A DNA stretch of 63,980 bases, counting the filler, from Octopus bimaculoides (lineage: Eukaryota): the NCBI RefSeq assembly GCF_001194135.2. It is 7 parts of 6 records of this genome, joined end to end, with 100 filler letters (N's around TTAATTAATTAA, not from the genome) between each part and the next. Parts side by side here need not be neighbours in the genome. Positions count along the whole stretch, not along the records: positions 62,669 to 63,980 come from NC_068986.1; 6 more parts are not named here. The stretch is one strand, 5' to 3'. A program made the position numbers and the translations under genes. The notes beneath the pieces were generated by a model, which was not told the origin of the DNA, searched no databases, and worked only from the letters and a program-made list of their open reading frames with translations. Position 1 is the first letter of the stretch; the number at the start of each line of letters is the position of its first letter. Below, in pieces: positions 63,600 to 63,980 of this stretch.

Positions 63600-63960
63600 G
63601 AAACTTCGGCATAACTACTGATGCGTACCCTACGTGACTTTGTTACCTCATAACTTCCAGAAAAATGGATACTTTTTAACGAAATTTTCAACAAATACCG
63701 CTTAGATGATGTAGATTTAGAGTATATAGGGATTTATGAGAAAGAATTTTTCTGAGGGGACGGGGAGAGGAGTTTTGGAAAATTCACACGATCCCTCTTT
63801 TCTCCCTCATAACTTTCAGGAAATTGGTTATCTTTTAGTGAAATTTTATACAAATACCTTTCAAACGGAATAGATTACGATTATAAAGAAATTTGTGGGG
63901 AAAATTTTTTTCCGATGTGGTGGAGAGAGAAATTTCGAAAGAACGGAGTTTCAGATCAGG
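63600..63960 (+). repeat. ~159-bp tandem repeat (two units), HINE-like internal array
   Basis: cctcataactt.cag.aaa.tgg.ta..tttt....gaaattttc.acaaatacc starts at 63646 and 63805. Confidence 0.65.
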
Positions 63961-63980
63961 CAGACCAGATAAGTTAGAAC

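Overview
Eukaryotic, AT-rich, repeat-saturated genomic DNA with many assembly gaps. The SINE families and microsatellite load point to a cephalopod, probably Octopus (inference, not verified). I find no convincing host protein-coding gene; almost all listed ORFs come from N-runs, microsatellites or antisense frames of transposon remnants. Recognisable content includes a Tc1 (DD34E) remnant whose transposase is split by a putative spliceosomal intron and a solo LTR; a short two-LTR Gypsy element with a tRNA-Trp PBS; and two related Gypsy copies (gag-protease) with a -1 frameshift pseudoknot and a non-canonical PBS complementary to the 5' 12 nt of tRNA-Phe. There are also mariner and maT (DD37D) remnants, RTE and R4/Dong-like LINE remnants, a Penelope-like GIY-YIG end, several MITEs and four tRNA-derived SINE families. 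Two type I hammerhead ribozymes are present, one inside a ~245-bp highly structured, apparently tandem unit (retrozyme-like). Six TTAATTAATTAA linkers in 100-bp gaps mark artificial joins, so adjacency across them is unproven. All protein and family assignments are from manual translation and remembered consensus motifs, not database searches.
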